Assembly: GCF_006345805.1 (NCBI RefSeq)
Contig: NW_021829414.1
Coordinates: 1 to 6,250, forward strand
Length of the DNA stretch: 6,250 nucleotides
DNA from: Octopus sinensis
Taxonomy: Eukaryota
Direction of reading: 5' to 3'
Part shown: positions 5,562-6,250 of the stretch, one piece after another
Layout of the letters: the number at the start of each line of letters is the position of its first letter
Position numbering within the stretch: the stretch's first letter is position 1
Position numbers and translations under genes: made by a program
The notes under the pieces: model-generated
Told to the model about the DNA's origin: nothing
What the model saw: only the letters and a program-made list of their open reading frames with translations
Databases searched by the model: none

Positions 5562-6250
5562 GGTCGCAGTTTCAAAGGGACGAAAATATTTTGACCCAAA
5601 CGATGTTATAATGTCGAAGTGAAGCTAACGGTATTTGTGTGTTCTTGAATGGTTTACAAACATCTTCCACGCTGCAATTGTTTTCGCTTCAGCACACGAC
5701 GATCTCAGATCAAGTCACTTGCTATGTAAGAACATCTCCGTAAACTTTTTTTAAATCACTGTGGATAAATGTCAGCAATGACTATCTCAGGCTCTCCGAT
5801 ATTTTAATTTCTAAACAGAAACAATCGGTCGGAGGTAGGGAAGTGGGGTTGCAAAAAATTAATAATTTCTCAAATTTTCTTTTTTATAGCATGGGGTAAA
5901 ATAAAAAAAAAGCATGCGTGAGTGATAAAGAAACGAAGAAGGTTGTCTTTGGATGTGCTAGAAGCAACAGCCAAATTGCCCTTAAATCTCTTTTCCCTCC
6001 GAAAATATTAACAATTTTATATTACCGAAAATACTCTTCCCATTGTTTTGAAGTAAAAACAAATTGCCAAAATAGGTCCAGAGTGGAATGATAAGGTTGG
6101 TGTGGGGTGTAAAAAGAAATAGTTTTCAAAATTTGTTCAAGCGAAGATGACCCCGCTCAAACAAACAAAAAAAAGCCCATCATTTCGAAGGCTGTAGTCT
6201 AAAAAAAAAAAAATTGGGGAAAATCCCCGAGAAAATTTTCTCTACAATTC

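Noticed and set aside
5955-5995. Possible short fragment of another octopus repeat (gctagaagcaacagccaaattgcccttaaatc)
   Set aside because: The resemblance is from memory only and too short to define boundaries or class without a search.

Overview
Non-coding, repeat-dominated eukaryotic genomic DNA. It is very probably from an octopod cephalopod (Octopus-like), judged from the extreme microsatellite density and two tRNA-derived SINE families I recognise from memory as octopus repeats; this is not database-verified. There is no intact protein-coding gene, and almost all ORFs in the supplied track are stop-free artefacts of (CA/TG)n, (TA)n and (GA/TC)n tracts. Layout: 1-2100 is a microsatellite mosaic. 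About 2120-2700 is the only substantial unique island in the 5' half, with a near-perfect CTCF-type motif and ambiguous exon-like signals on both strands. 2700-3355 is more microsatellite. 3356-3835 is one end of a decayed DD37D (maT-type) Tc1/mariner transposon on the minus strand, fused directly to a CR1-group LINE ORF2 C-terminal fragment (3830-4051, plus). 4085-4328 holds two divergently oriented type I hammerhead-ribozyme-like motifs that share an identical palindromic stem III (ACAGCUGU), the architecture known from Penelope-like elements; this is the most interesting signal in the window. 4793-5448 contains two minus-strand SINEs in tandem, and 5507-5561 is a perfect 15-bp inverted repeat.
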